This document shows positions 16,817 to 26,810 of a stretch of 38,752 bases of DNA, one piece after another. The notes beneath the pieces are model-generated. The model searched no databases. It had not been told where the DNA came from and saw only the letters and a list, made by a program, of their open reading frames with translations. Source of the DNA: an uncultured Rickettsiales bacterium (GTDB taxonomy: Bacteria > Pseudomonadota > Alphaproteobacteria > Rickettsiales > UBA1997). The stretch is from positions 1 through 38,752 of the forward strand of contig CAPZCD010000002.1 of assembly GCA_948744995.1 (NCBI GenBank), read 5' to 3'. The first letter of the stretch is position 1. Each line of letters opens with the position of its first letter. Made by a program: the position numbers and the translations under genes.

Positions 16817-17371
16817 TTGATGGTAGTTGATTTTTACAAAAAAATGAAAGAAGAATTTTTTTCATATTTATCTAGTTTTTTTAAAAATGTTTGGATCTTT
16901 ATCAAAACAAATTTAGCTAAATTTTATGAAATAGTTAATATTTCCTATAAACGCTGCAGAGATGGAGAAGAAAAACTTAATAATTTGCTGATATACTGGA
17001 GTATAATTCCATGTATTCTGTATTTTTTATTAATTTACAAATTTGGTTTATGTAAGTTTATGCAACGTTTGTGTGATTTAATTATGATTTTTATAGGTTT
17101 TTTAGATATATTTTTTATACAAAAAGCTCTAAAAAAACATCCGGAATATAATACAAAACTTGTGATGGAATATGAAAAGGAGCAATATTATTCGTCACTT
17201 TCAAAAGAAGAATTGGAACAAGTTAAATCTGATGAAAAAAAGCAAAATACAAAAGACTTTTTTAAACGAATGTTGCTTATAAAGCCCGGTGAAAAGGTGG
17301 ATTTTTACAAAATAGTAAGGCTATTTGTTATTCTTACGGTTCTTGTTGGGCTAAAGAGAGTTTTGTTATAA
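16817..17371 (+). CDS. Hypothetical membrane protein (2-3 TM helices)
   Basis: ORF 29 nt after the TMEM43-like stop on the same strand. The likely ATG is at 16820, after a TTG at 16817. Hydrophobic segments LLIYWSIIPCILYFLLIY, LIMIFIGFLDIFFI and LFVILTVLVGL. No family recognised. Confidence 0.5.
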   Translation: MMVVDFYKKMKEEFFSYLSSFFKNVWIFIKTNLAKFYEIVNISYKRCRDGEEKLNNLLIYWSIIPCILYFLLIYKFGLCKFMQRLCDLIMIFIGFLDIFFIQKALKKHPEYNTKLVMEYEKEQYYSSLSKEELEQVKSDEKKQNTKDFFKRMLLIKPGEKVDFYKIVRLFVILTVLVGLKRVLL

Positions 17372-17402
17372 ATAATTAACTTAAAAAAATATAGGTGGTT
17401 TT

Positions 17403-18932
17403 ATGTCGGATAAAAAAATGTGGCAAAAGGAAGATGTAGGTTTAGAGGATGATGGAATTGAAATGGATACAGAAAAAATTGTATTAGGAGAGGAAGAGTT
17501 ATTAGAAAATGAGGCATTTTTTAATCCTGGAGAAAAGACACAAATAGAGAGAGAAGAAAACGCCGAGAATGATTCAGGACGAAAAAAATCAACAATTTTT
17601 AAAGAAGAATACGAAAGGCTTAAAAAAGAGGAAGAGGAGTCTATAAAAAAAGAAGAAAAAAGAAAGAAAATATTACAAGAAGGATTTGAAGCTATGGATA
17701 ATAGTGATAATTTAAATTCTGACCATATTTTAAGTGATTTTAACGCAAAATATCCTACTCCTGATAGTAAACCATCGGTCTCAACATTTGTACCACCAGA
17801 AGATAGAGATGAGCTTGCAACACAGAAAAATGAACCTAAAAGAGAAAATGCTGAAAGAAATGTAAGTTCTGTAACAGAAACTCAAGAAGAGGAAAAAAAT
17901 AGTCTTGATTATAAGCTTTTTAACGTCAGTGGAAATCTCGACAGGTGTTTAGAGTTGTTAGATGAGTATAAAGAAAAACGCAAATCGGAGCCTAATACTG
18001 TAGATAACTCTAGTGATTTTAAAAAACTTGGTTTAAATATTTTTTATAGTTTCAAATCTTTAATGAATAATTTATCGGCTGACGATCTACAAATAATATC
18101 GGCTGACGATAATAATTTATCGGTTAAATTATCCTCTCAAAAAAGTAATATTGACCTAGAAAAATTAAAAAAAGTATTTCTTTCTGTTGAAGAGTTTGGT
18201 AATGATTATGAAATGCACAGATTTACTGGTCAATTTGACGTGGTATTTAGTAAAGACAATAATAATATTTATAGTTGTTTTGAAAAATTTAAACAAAAAT
18301 GTTCAGAAAAAAATATTTCCAATAAAAATTTAGATGAGATAGATGGCACTGTCGTAGATTTAAGAAAAATGTATCGTGGGAAAACAACCTACGGGAAAAA
18401 TGATCATGAGGATAATCAAGTATCTCTATCTGATAGTTTTAGGAAGAAGGTAGAATGGCATAAAAATGCTAAGAAATTTTTTGTAGGTTTAATTAGAAAA
18501 TTCGAAGATTTAACAAGGAAAGTTTTTAGAAAGTTAGAAGATATTGATAGGAAAGTTAGTAAAAATTCGGCAAAGTTTATTTATGGTAAATCTTTTAAGC
18601 CAGAGGCATGGGAAGAAGAAGAGCAAACTAGAAAAGAAAGGAGAGAAAAGGAAGATTTGGCTAGAAAGGAAAAAAGAGAAAAAGAAGATCAGGAAATGGA
18701 AAATAGTTTGACTGGTAAGACTGCTGATGAAGTATTAGAAGAGACTAACGAAGATATCATGTATTCTTTGTCAGAAGAGGAAGGAAATAGTTTGACTAGC
18801 AGTAAAGCGTTTGAGGGAGCTACTAGGACTACTGCTGATGAAATATCAAAAAAGACTAACGAAGATATAGTAAAAATGGAAAAAAACAGATCTAAAGGAC
18901 AAAATAATAGTCTAAATTTCAATTCACATTAG
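17403..18932 (+). CDS. Hypothetical protein, paralog 1 of a local orphan family: acidic N-terminus, conserved central module, K/E/R-rich repeated C-terminus
   Basis: RBS TAGGTGG lies before the ATG. The central module (GNLDRCLELLDEYKEKRK ... NLSVKLSSQKSNIDLEKLKKVFLSVEEFGNDYEM) is shared with the next gene. Internal repeats: RKERREKED/RKEKREKED and NSLTG..TADE....TNEDI twice. Confidence 0.6.
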   Translation: MSDKKMWQKEDVGLEDDGIEMDTEKIVLGEEELLENEAFFNPGEKTQIEREENAENDSGRKKSTIFKEEYERLKKEEEESIKKEEKRKKILQEGFEAMDNSDNLNSDHILSDFNAKYPTPDSKPSVSTFVPPEDRDELATQKNEPKRENAERNVSSVTETQEEEKNSLDYKLFNVSGNLDRCLELLDEYKEKRKSEPNTVDNSSDFKKLGLNIFYSFKSLMNNLSADDLQIISADDNNLSVKLSSQKSNIDLEKLKKVFLSVEEFGNDYEMHRFTGQFDVVFSKDNNNIYSCFEKFKQKCSEKNISNKNLDEIDGTVVDLRKMYRGKTTYGKNDHEDNQVSLSDSFRKKVEWHKNAKKFFVGLIRKFEDLTRKVFRKLEDIDRKVSKNSAKFIYGKSFKPEAWEEEEQTRKERREKEDLARKEKREKEDQEMENSLTGKTADEVLEETNEDIMYSLSEEEGNSLTSSKAFEGATRTTADEISKKTNEDIVKMEKNRSKGQNNSLNFNSH

Positions 18933-18999
18933 AGTAGTTAATTCTAGACATGTAAAATGGTTATAAAATTAACTAACTTAAAAAAATGTAGGGGGTTTT

Positions 19000-19835
19000 A
19001 TGTCGGACGAAAAAGGAGAAAGTGGAATAATAGATTTTGATACATATTTAAAAAGGAATCTCTTGTTGGTGAAACGAACTTAAAATGTTTAGAATCAATA
19101 AAAGAATATAAAAAAGAGCGTGAAAATTTAGGTGATAAAGATCCTAACCTTATGGATTTTGGTTCAAAAATTCATGATGATTTTAAGTATTTATTAAATC
19201 TTTTATTAGATAAAGAGTTACATCTAGTATCATTTGATGGTGGTAATTTATCAATTGAATTATTCTCCCAAAAAAGCAATTTCAATTTAGAAAAGTTAAA
19301 AGAAATGTTTGTTTTTATTAGAAATTTTGGTGCAGATGTAGGAATGGCTGATTTTACTAATGAATTTAATGATGGAAATGATAAAAATTTACTTGGTAAA
19401 TTTAAAGAATTAAGGGGAAGGATAGAAGAAAAGTTTGGTTCAGTTGAAATTTTAGAAGAAATAGAGAATAGTATAATTCCAGATGCGAAAAAAGCATTAT
19501 GTAGCTCTCCAGAACCAGAAGAACAACCTTGGAACATAATAACTGAGAGAGAAATAGTTGACATAAATAATGGTATAAAAAGTGGATTCCTTCCTACTTA
19601 TGAAAATAAACCATCTTTATGGCAAAGAGCTAAAACTTTTTTTACCAAAACAATTCCTAATTTTTTTAGAAAGGTTTTTGGTAGTACAGATAGTATTACT
19701 AAACTTAATAAAAGTAATAGCAGGGAAATTTTTACAGATGCTGCTAAAACTCAAGGGAAAGGACAAACTAATGGAATTATGGCAAACATCAGAGCTAATA
19801 GCCAAAACCAAACTCAACAAATACATCATCTGTAG
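19000..19835 (+). pseudogene. Paralog 2 of the same orphan family, interrupted by a -1 frame change at ~19047-19053. It is either a pseudogene or needs frameshifting; the longest intact ORF is 19152..19835.
   Basis: The leader and start (aaaaaaatgtagggggttttATGTCGGACGAAAAA) are homologous to the paralog 1 leader. ATG 19000 reads MSDEKGESGIIDFDTYLK and then hits a stop at 19081. The -1 frame is open from 19041 and continues KESLVGETNLKCLESIKEYKKERENL..., homologous to paralog 1. Confidence 0.55.
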
Positions 19836-19853
19836 TTTTGACCACAAATTAAT

Positions 19854-21290
19854 CTAAATATTATTAAACCCAAGATAATCATCAAATTTTGAAATATCGG
19901 GATTGAAATACATCTCAATATTTCCTATAGGACCATTCCTATGTTTTGCTATTATAATTTCTGCCTTATTCCTAATTTTATCCATATTAGATTGCCAGAT
20001 CTTCATCTTATCAATTTCTTCAATATTAGGCCTCCTCCTTTCCTCATAGTAAGATTCCCTAAAGACAAACATCACAACATCTGCATCCTGTTCTATAGAA
20101 CCAGACTCCCTAAGATCCGATAGCTGTGGCCTCTTATCTTCTCTTTGCTCCAGAGATCTTGAAAGTTGAGAAAGTGCTATTATAGGTATATTAAATTCCT
20201 TAGCTATAGCTTTTAAACCTTGAGTAATTTCAGATATTTCTAAAACTCTATTGGTTTTTGAACTTTCAGCTACACCTTTTATCAACTGTAAATAGTCTAT
20301 TACAATTAAACTTATATTTTCTTTTTTAACTAACCTTCTGATCCTGGTTTTTATAGAAGATATGCTAAGTGCTGCAGTATCATCTATAAATAGTGGTACT
20401 TTTGATATTTCATTGGATTTTTCTACTATTCTAACAAATTCTTCATCGGTAACTTCTCCTTTTCTAAATTTATCTGTGCCTAAATTAGTTTCTAAAGATA
20501 GTATTTTTGCACTTATTTGGGTATTTGGCATTTCAAGAGAAAAGAAACCTACAGATTTTTTTATACCAATTTTATTATATTCCTTTAGGAATTCCTTTGC
20601 CGCATTGTAGGCAATATTTATAGCTAGAGTTGTTTTTCCCATTGAAGGTCTACCTGCAATTATTATAAGATCGGATTTTTGTAGACCACCAAGTATTCTA
20701 TCTAAATCTATAAATCCGCACGGAATACCACTTATGTGACTGTCTCGTTTTTTTGCTATTTCTATATCATTTATAGTATCCAGTAAAACATTTGATATGT
20801 CTAGAAAGCCTTTATTGGTTTCAATATTATTACTTATGCTGAATATTTTGCCCTCCAAAACTTCAATTTCCTGGATAGCCGTTGTATTTTTATCACTGTT
20901 GTAAATATTAGATACAGTTTCCTCATTTATGGTTACTAAATTTCTTTTTAGGGCCAGGTCCTGTATTATTTTTGCATAGCTGACAATATCAAATATTCCG
21001 CTACTTTTACTTAAAATTATGGATAAATAGTTTGCACCTCCGATGGATTGTAGTATTTCATTATTCTCAAAAAAATTTTTAAGAGTTACACTATCGGCTA
21101 TAATGGAAGTTTTTTGTATTGTTTCGGTTATATATTTAAATATTATTCGATGAGCTAACTCATAAAAATATTCTTCTTTTAGATAATCGGCAATTTTGGA
21201 GTAGTAATCATTATTAGAGATTATTTTACCTAATACTATCTGTTCCGCCTCTATGTTATATAATGTTTTTTGTGTTGAATTGTCCTGCAT
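19854..21290 (-). CDS. dnaB: Replicative DNA helicase
   Basis: N-terminal NIEAEQIVLGKII, Walker A AGRPSMGKTTLAINIA, IVIDYLQLI, IPIIALSQLSR..E.R....P.LSDLRESGSIEQDADVVMF, IIAKHRNGP. Confidence 0.95.
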   Translation of the reverse strand: MQDNSTQKTLYNIEAEQIVLGKIISNNDYYSKIADYLKEEYFYELAHRIIFKYITETIQKTSIIADSVTLKNFFENNEILQSIGGANYLSIILSKSSGIFDIVSYAKIIQDLALKRNLVTINEETVSNIYNSDKNTTAIQEIEVLEGKIFSISNNIETNKGFLDISNVLLDTINDIEIAKKRDSHISGIPCGFIDLDRILGGLQKSDLIIIAGRPSMGKTTLAINIAYNAAKEFLKEYNKIGIKKSVGFFSLEMPNTQISAKILSLETNLGTDKFRKGEVTDEEFVRIVEKSNEISKVPLFIDDTAALSISSIKTRIRRLVKKENISLIVIDYLQLIKGVAESSKTNRVLEISEITQGLKAIAKEFNIPIIALSQLSRSLEQREDKRPQLSDLRESGSIEQDADVVMFVFRESYYEERRRPNIEEIDKMKIWQSNMDKIRNKAEIIIAKHRNGPIGNIEMYFNPDISKFDDYLGFNNI

Positions 21291-21314
21291 TTTAATCTAA
21301 ATTTGTACTAATTA

Positions 21315-21929
21315 TCACTCATCAACAATTATATTTAATAATTTTTCCATTTCTTCATTATTATTTTTACCATTTGTATTTTTTTCTAAATCTTGCCTGA
21401 TAGTTTCTTTTTCTTTACTTTTTTGAATCTCCTCCAAAAAATCCCCAAGTAACGATTCAATTATGCCATTAAACATCATATTTTTTGATTTGTTATAGTA
21501 ACCATACAGCGTTGAATTTTCCAACATCTTAAGTTTTTCCCTAGAGTTTCTATTTATCATACTCATACCGGTCAGAACAAACATTGAAATTAACACGCCT
21601 TTTAGACCACCCAAGGTAAACCCCAGAAACCCATTGGCAGACTTTGGCAATATTTTTTTGATAACATTTATCACCGCGTTCATAAGTGCCGATAGTATTA
21701 TTATATACAGAACAAATAATACAACATTTACTATTATGTCTGGCAATAGAGGTATTGAGATTCTCTTTTCTATTTGTGGTAAAATTAGAGGTTTAGTTAT
21801 AGCTGTCAAATAAAAAGAACCAAGCCAGTTGACTATTGAAGATAACTCACTTAAAAAACCTCTAACTAAACCTATAAAGGAGAATAATACTACAACTACT
21901 GTTAAAGTTATATCTAGTCCTGAAAACAT
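21315..21929 (-). CDS. cvpA: CvpA-family (colicin V production) membrane protein
   Basis: N-terminus LDITLTVVVVLFSFIGLVRGFLSELSSIVNWLGSFYL and four TM helices typical of CvpA, with a polar C-terminal tail. Confidence 0.75.
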   Translation of the reverse strand: MFSGLDITLTVVVVLFSFIGLVRGFLSELSSIVNWLGSFYLTAITKPLILPQIEKRISIPLLPDIIVNVVLFVLYIIILSALMNAVINVIKKILPKSANGFLGFTLGGLKGVLISMFVLTGMSMINRNSREKLKMLENSTLYGYYNKSKNMMFNGIIESLLGDFLEEIQKSKEKETIRQDLEKNTNGKNNNEEMEKLLNIIVDE

Positions 21930-22016
21930 TACAAAAACTGCCTATTAAATTTGGTAATATGTAGAATGTGTTGTGTCAACATATAAATATTTTGTTGTAT
22001 TTTTTAAAATTAGTAG

Positions 22017-23426
22017 CTAATTTTTACTTTTCTTACTTGTTTTTAAACTTTTAATCTGCAGAGTCAAATTACCATCCATTTCGAAAACTATTAGGAAATT
22101 TTTAAAGGATTTAAAATCTTTTTTTAGTTTCTCTTCAGCTAGCTCCAGGTTTTTACTCCAGTTATCACCTATATTTAAGAAATAAGGAGAGGTATTCCAA
22201 ATTAAATTTTGATTATTCACTAACGTTTGATCGCTAGAGAATGATATTATTGGTACATCTATTCTTGTGCTAGAAATACTATTTACATATTTAGGGTTGT
22301 TGCTAATTACGGCAATTGCATCAACCTTATCCATATAATCAGAGAGTATTGGAATCATATCACCTTTGTAAGAATCAAAGGCGATTGAACTGCAACCACA
22401 ATCTTCATCAGGGTAGTAGGAATATATTTCTTCTTCAGTATCAGTAGCTATCTTTGACATAACACTTATAACGTTAACAGGGTCACTACCTTTAGTGGTT
22501 TCGTCTGAGGTCATTACAGCGTCTGCTCGCTCAAAAACTGCATTAGCAACGTCGGAAACTTCAGCTCTTGTTGGTTGTATATTTTCGACCATAGATAGTA
22601 GCATTTGAGTAGCTATTATAACAGGTTTTTTATAGTAGGAGCATAATGCAATAATCTTTTTCTGGATGGATGGTACCTTAGAAAATGGTATTTCACATGC
22701 TAAATCTCCCCGCGCCACCATAATACCGTCACTTTCAATTATTATATCTTCCAAATTCTGTGTAGATTCAAAATTTTCTATTTTTGAAATAATTTGGATG
22801 CTACTATGCTTCTTTTTTATACAATATTCTTTTACACTTTTAACATCCTTTCCGGTTCTCACAAACGACAGTGCTATCATATCAACGTTTTTACTGATAC
22901 CGAAATCTATATCTTTCCAGTCCTGCTCTGTAACTGTAGGGAGTGAAACTGGTTTTCCAAAAAGATTTATATGTCTTTTTGTTGTTATATTTGTTTGTCC
23001 TTCAATAACTTTAAATTCTATATCAGTGGCTGTTTTCCTTAGCGCTTTTGCTAACATTACACCACTATCAAACACTATAACATCACCAACTGCGACATCT
23101 TTTATGAAGTTTTTGTAGTTCACGCTTATTTTTCCGGTGTTTTCATAGACACCTTTTTCGATGGTCATAGTAAATTTATCACCAACTCTAAGAAACAATT
23201 TACCTCTAACTTCTCCTGTTCTTATTTCTGGCCCTTTTGTATCTAGCATTATTGCGCCTTGAGGACATACTTCTCTAATTGAGTCAATTTTAGCTCCATG
23301 TTCTTCGTATGTACCATGGGAAAAATTTAATCTGTAAACATTAACCCCACTTTTTGATAATTTTTTAAGTATTTCTTTGCTTTCGGATTTTGGTCCTATT
23401 GTTGCTACTATTTTTGTTCTTTTCAT
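22017..23426 (-). CDS. pyk: Pyruvate kinase
   Basis: MKRTKIVATIGPKS..........GVNVYRLNFSHGTYEEH, MLDTKGPEIRTG, MVARGDLACEIP, VIIATQMLLSM...PTRAEVSDVANAV. Confidence 0.92.
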   Translation of the reverse strand: MKRTKIVATIGPKSESKEILKKLSKSGVNVYRLNFSHGTYEEHGAKIDSIREVCPQGAIMLDTKGPEIRTGEVRGKLFLRVGDKFTMTIEKGVYENTGKISVNYKNFIKDVAVGDVIVFDSGVMLAKALRKTATDIEFKVIEGQTNITTKRHINLFGKPVSLPTVTEQDWKDIDFGISKNVDMIALSFVRTGKDVKSVKEYCIKKKHSSIQIISKIENFESTQNLEDIIIESDGIMVARGDLACEIPFSKVPSIQKKIIALCSYYKKPVIIATQMLLSMVENIQPTRAEVSDVANAVFERADAVMTSDETTKGSDPVNVISVMSKIATDTEEEIYSYYPDEDCGCSSIAFDSYKGDMIPILSDYMDKVDAIAVISNNPKYVNSISSTRIDVPIISFSSDQTLVNNQNLIWNTSPYFLNIGDNWSKNLELAEEKLKKDFKSFKNFLIVFEMDGNLTLQIKSLKTSKKSKN

Positions 23427-23671
23427 TTTTAACTACCAAATTTTGATTACTTATATAGTTGAAGGTAGTATATGCAAATATAAAAATTTGTCAATACGTC
23501 AATATAATAGAAATGAAATTGCCGCAATTTATATATTTGTATTTGCTTAACATATGGAATACATTAAATGATCAATAGCCATTTATTCAAGTTATCATGT
23601 CATAATTTATTGGTAGAAGCCAGATATACTTGAATAAAACGTTTATGAATTGGTTATGTTAGCGTTATCCA

Positions 23672-23700
23672 TTGACTTTAAAATTAAAAAAGCTTACAAT
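23672..23700 (+). promoter_or_regulatory. Candidate sigma70-type promoter of the S10 operon
   Basis: TTGACT (23672-23677), an exactly 17-nt spacer, then TACAAT (23695-23700), ~100 nt upstream of the rpsJ ATG. The genome is AT-rich, so chance matches are common. Confidence 0.4.
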
Positions 23701-23801
23701 TAGAAGGTCTTAATAGTGATGTTCGTTCGCGAACCTCTCATTTCGATATTTTATAGTCTGATTTTTCAGACAGATTTTAATAAATATTAATTATAGAGAC
23801 A

Positions 23802-24125
23802 ATGAAAGAAAAAGAAGGGATCCGGATTGTCCTGAAGGCGTTTGATGCCAATATACTTAGTCAGGCTGTTCAGGAGATAGTTGGTACGGTTAAAAGAACT
23901 GGTGCAACAGTGATTGGACCTATACCGCTTCCTACAAATAGAAAAAAATTTACAGTTATCAGGTCTCCCCACATTTATAAGAGGAGCATGGAGCAGTATG
24001 AAATAAAATCCTTAAAGAGATTATTGATAATAATACCGGCACCACAAACTGTAGAGGCTCTAATGAAGCTGAATTTATCAGCTGGCGTTAATATTAAGAT
24101 TTCCTTAAATGGAGGTAAAGAATAA
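23802..24125 (+). CDS. rpsJ: 30S ribosomal protein S10
   Basis: IRIVLKAFD...L.......V...KRTGA.V.GPIPLPT motif; first gene of the S10 operon. Confidence 0.95.
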   Translation: MKEKEGIRIVLKAFDANILSQAVQEIVGTVKRTGATVIGPIPLPTNRKKFTVIRSPHIYKRSMEQYEIKSLKRLLIIIPAPQTVEALMKLNLSAGVNIKISLNGGKE

Positions 24126-24757
24126 TGACGGCTGTTGTAGGTAAAAAATTAGGTATGAGCAGGATTTATTCCAATAATGGTGAAGTTATACCTGTTACTT
24201 TAATAAAAATTTATGAAGGTTTAATCAGTAGCTTTCAGAAATATGATGATAGAGACTATAATCATATAACAATTTCATATGGTAAGGATAAAAAGACTGA
24301 AAAAAGAATAAAAAAACCAGTTTTAGGTTTCTATAAGAAAAATAACCTAGAACCATATGATAATATGAAAACCTTTAAGGTTAATAAGGATGGTGAATTT
24401 AATGTAGGTGATTTTATTGGTCTTAATGTTCTGAAAGAGGGCTTCGTTGTGGATGTAACCGGAATGTCTAAAGGAAAAGGTTTCGCCGGAGCTATGAAGA
24501 GACATGGTTTTGGTGGTTTAGAAGCAGCACATGGTGTTTCCATATCTCATAGGTCTATCGGTGGAACTGGTACGAAAAGAAGAGAAGGTAGAGTTATGAA
24601 GGGTAAGAAAATGGCCGGACATATGGGGTTTGATAAGGTTACGGTTAAAAATCTTAAAATCGTTAAGATTGAGAATGACGATAATGTTATTTGCGTTAAA
24701 GGAGCTGTTCCCGGTTGTAAAGGAGCAGAACTTGTTATTAAAACTTCTAACGTGTAG
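24125..24757 (+). CDS. rplC: 50S ribosomal protein L3
   Basis: GKKLGMSRIY..NGEVIPVTLI and SKGKGFAGAMKRHGFGG; operon position. Confidence 0.95.
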   Translation: MTAVVGKKLGMSRIYSNNGEVIPVTLIKIYEGLISSFQKYDDRDYNHITISYGKDKKTEKRIKKPVLGFYKKNNLEPYDNMKTFKVNKDGEFNVGDFIGLNVLKEGFVVDVTGMSKGKGFAGAMKRHGFGGLEAAHGVSISHRSIGGTGTKRREGRVMKGKKMAGHMGFDKVTVKNLKIVKIENDDNVICVKGAVPGCKGAELVIKTSNV

Positions 24758-24766
24758 GAGGGAATT

Positions 24767-25381
24767 ATGCAATTATTAGTTTTGAATTTAAATAATTTGA
24801 AAGAGTCCTCCGAAAATATAGACGGTTTTGATTTTGAAGCTGAAGATGGTAAAAAATGTGTTCCTTATGTTATTAAGTGGCAGATGGCTAAAAGTAGAGC
24901 AGGTACAGCTAAAACTAAGTTGATGTCCGAGGTATCTGGTTCAACAAAAAAAATAGTCAGACAGAAGGGAACCGGTGGTGCAAGACATGGTTCAAAAAGA
25001 GCAGTTCAATTTGTTGGCGGTAGAACATGTTTTGGCCCTCAACCAAGAAATTTTGAATTTTCTATTCCTAAAAAAATCGTTAAAAAGGCGTTAAGCTATG
25101 TTTTGAGAGATAAGATAAGGAATGGTAAAGTTGTTCTTATTGAGGGAATGGAGGATATGGAATTAAGTACCAAAAAGTTGGATAAGAAATTTAAAGATAA
25201 AAATATAGATAGAGCATTAGTAGCTTGTGAAGAGGATTATAGAAACTTTAATTTGTCTCTGAGAAATCTCTATAACTATAAGAATCTGTTAAGTAATGCT
25301 TTGAATGTTTATGATCTTTTAGATTTTAACTATTTGTTACTTGATAGAAAATCATTAAATAAACTTAAAGAGGTACTATAA
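24767..25381 (+). CDS. rplD: 50S ribosomal protein L4
   Basis: RQKGTGGARHGS motif; operon position. Confidence 0.92.
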   Translation: MQLLVLNLNNLKESSENIDGFDFEAEDGKKCVPYVIKWQMAKSRAGTAKTKLMSEVSGSTKKIVRQKGTGGARHGSKRAVQFVGGRTCFGPQPRNFEFSIPKKIVKKALSYVLRDKIRNGKVVLIEGMEDMELSTKKLDKKFKDKNIDRALVACEEDYRNFNLSLRNLYNYKNLLSNALNVYDLLDFNYLLLDRKSLNKLKEVL

Positions 25382-25680
25382 TGAGTTTAGGTTATATTTA
25401 TGATATAATAGTTTCTCCAGTTATAACTGAAAAAACCAATTTGCAAGCGACCGATAATAAATTTACTTTTGTGGTAGTAGCTTGTGCTAAGAAAACAGAT
25501 ATTAAAAAAGCTATAGAAGAAATTTTCGGTGTTAATGTTACTAAAATTAATATCATTAATACGGATGGAAAAGTTAAGAAATTCAAAGGCAAAGTTGGTA
25601 AAAAAAGTGATATTAAAAAAGCTGTTGTAACTATGAAAAAAGGCCAACAAATAGATTTAACAAAATTGGAGGGTAAATAG
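25381..25680 (+). CDS. rplW: 50S ribosomal protein L23
   Basis: [10 protein letters not shown]...FVV...[17 protein letters not shown]; operon position. Confidence 0.92.
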   Translation: MSLGYIYDIIVSPVITEKTNLQATDNKFTFVVVACAKKTDIKKAIEEIFGVNVTKINIINTDGKVKKFKGKVGKKSDIKKAVVTMKKGQQIDLTKLEGK

Positions 25681-25682
25681 TT

Positions 25683-26507
25683 ATGGTTATGAAAAATTTT
25701 AAACCCGTTACTCCTTCAACAAGAGGTCTAAAACTAATTAGTAAGGATGGATTATGGAAAGGTAGTCCTCTAAAGATGTTGGTTGTGCCTAAAAATAGTA
25801 AGGCCGGTAGGAATAACTATGGGCATATTACCGTAAGGAGAAGAGGTAACGGACATAAGCAATCCTATAGATTGATTGATTTTAGGAGAAATAAGTATGA
25901 TATGGTAGCTAATGTTGAGAGAATCGAATACGATCCCAACAGAACAGCTTATATTGCTCTAATTAAATATTCTGATGGTATATTTTCATATATTATAGCA
26001 CCTGAAGGGTTAAAGGTTGGAGATAAAATATCATCCTCAAGAAAATTACTCGATATAAAACCGGGAAATGCTATGCCACTTATGGTTATGCCTATTGGTA
26101 CAACAATCCATAATATAGAAAGTAAGCCAGGAGCTGGTGCCAGAGTTGCCCGAAGTGCCGGAACATTTGCTCAGCTGGCTGGTAAGGATGACGGTTATGC
26201 TATAGTTAGGTTGCAATCGGGTGAAACCAGAATGTTCCTACTGGATTGTTTGGCAACTGTTGGAACGGTAAGTAATCCTGACAATAAGAACCAAAAGTTG
26301 GGTAAAGCTGGGAGGAGCAGATGGTTAGGTAAAAGACCTAGTGTTAGAGGTGAATCTATGAACCCTGTAGACCATCCACATGGTGGTAGGACTAGAGGTG
26401 GTAGAATACCAGTATCTCCAACCGGTGTATGTGCTAGAGGTGGTAGAACTCGAAAAAAGAGTAATCCATCCAATAGATTTATAGTAAAAAGTCGTCATAA
26501 AAAGTAA
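25683..26507 (+). CDS. rplB: 50S ribosomal protein L2
   Basis: [42 protein letters not shown]. The start may be 25689. Confidence 0.95.
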   Translation: MVMKNFKPVTPSTRGLKLISKDGLWKGSPLKMLVVPKNSKAGRNNYGHITVRRRGNGHKQSYRLIDFRRNKYDMVANVERIEYDPNRTAYIALIKYSDGIFSYIIAPEGLKVGDKISSSRKLLDIKPGNAMPLMVMPIGTTIHNIESKPGAGARVARSAGTFAQLAGKDDGYAIVRLQSGETRMFLLDCLATVGTVSNPDNKNQKLGKAGRSRWLGKRPSVRGESMNPVDHPHGGRTRGGRIPVSPTGVCARGGRTRKKSNPSNRFIVKSRHKK

Positions 26508-26520
26508 GAGGTAGTATAGT

Positions 26521-26802
26521 ATGACACGATCAGCTTGGAAAATTCCATTTGTAGATGGATTTTTAATTAAAAAAGCTAAAGCAGCTTCTGAAGATCCAAA
26601 GAAACCTGTTGTGAAAACGTGGTCGAGGAGATCAACCATTTTACCACAGTTTGTTGGTCTAAGTTTTGCTGTTTATAATGGTAAAAAGTTTGTACCAGTT
26701 TTGGTTTCGGAAGATATGGTTGGACATAAATTTGGAGAATTTGCTCCAACCAGAACATTCCACGGACATTCTGGTAACAGAAAAGTAGAAGTTAAGAAAT
26801 AG
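26521..26802 (+). CDS. rpsS: 30S ribosomal protein S19
   Basis: [10 protein letters not shown] and [18 protein letters not shown]. Confidence 0.95.
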   Translation: MTRSAWKIPFVDGFLIKKAKAASEDPKKPVVKTWSRRSTILPQFVGLSFAVYNGKKFVPVLVSEDMVGHKFGEFAPTRTFHGHSGNRKVEVKK

Positions 26803-26810
26803 GTTATGGT

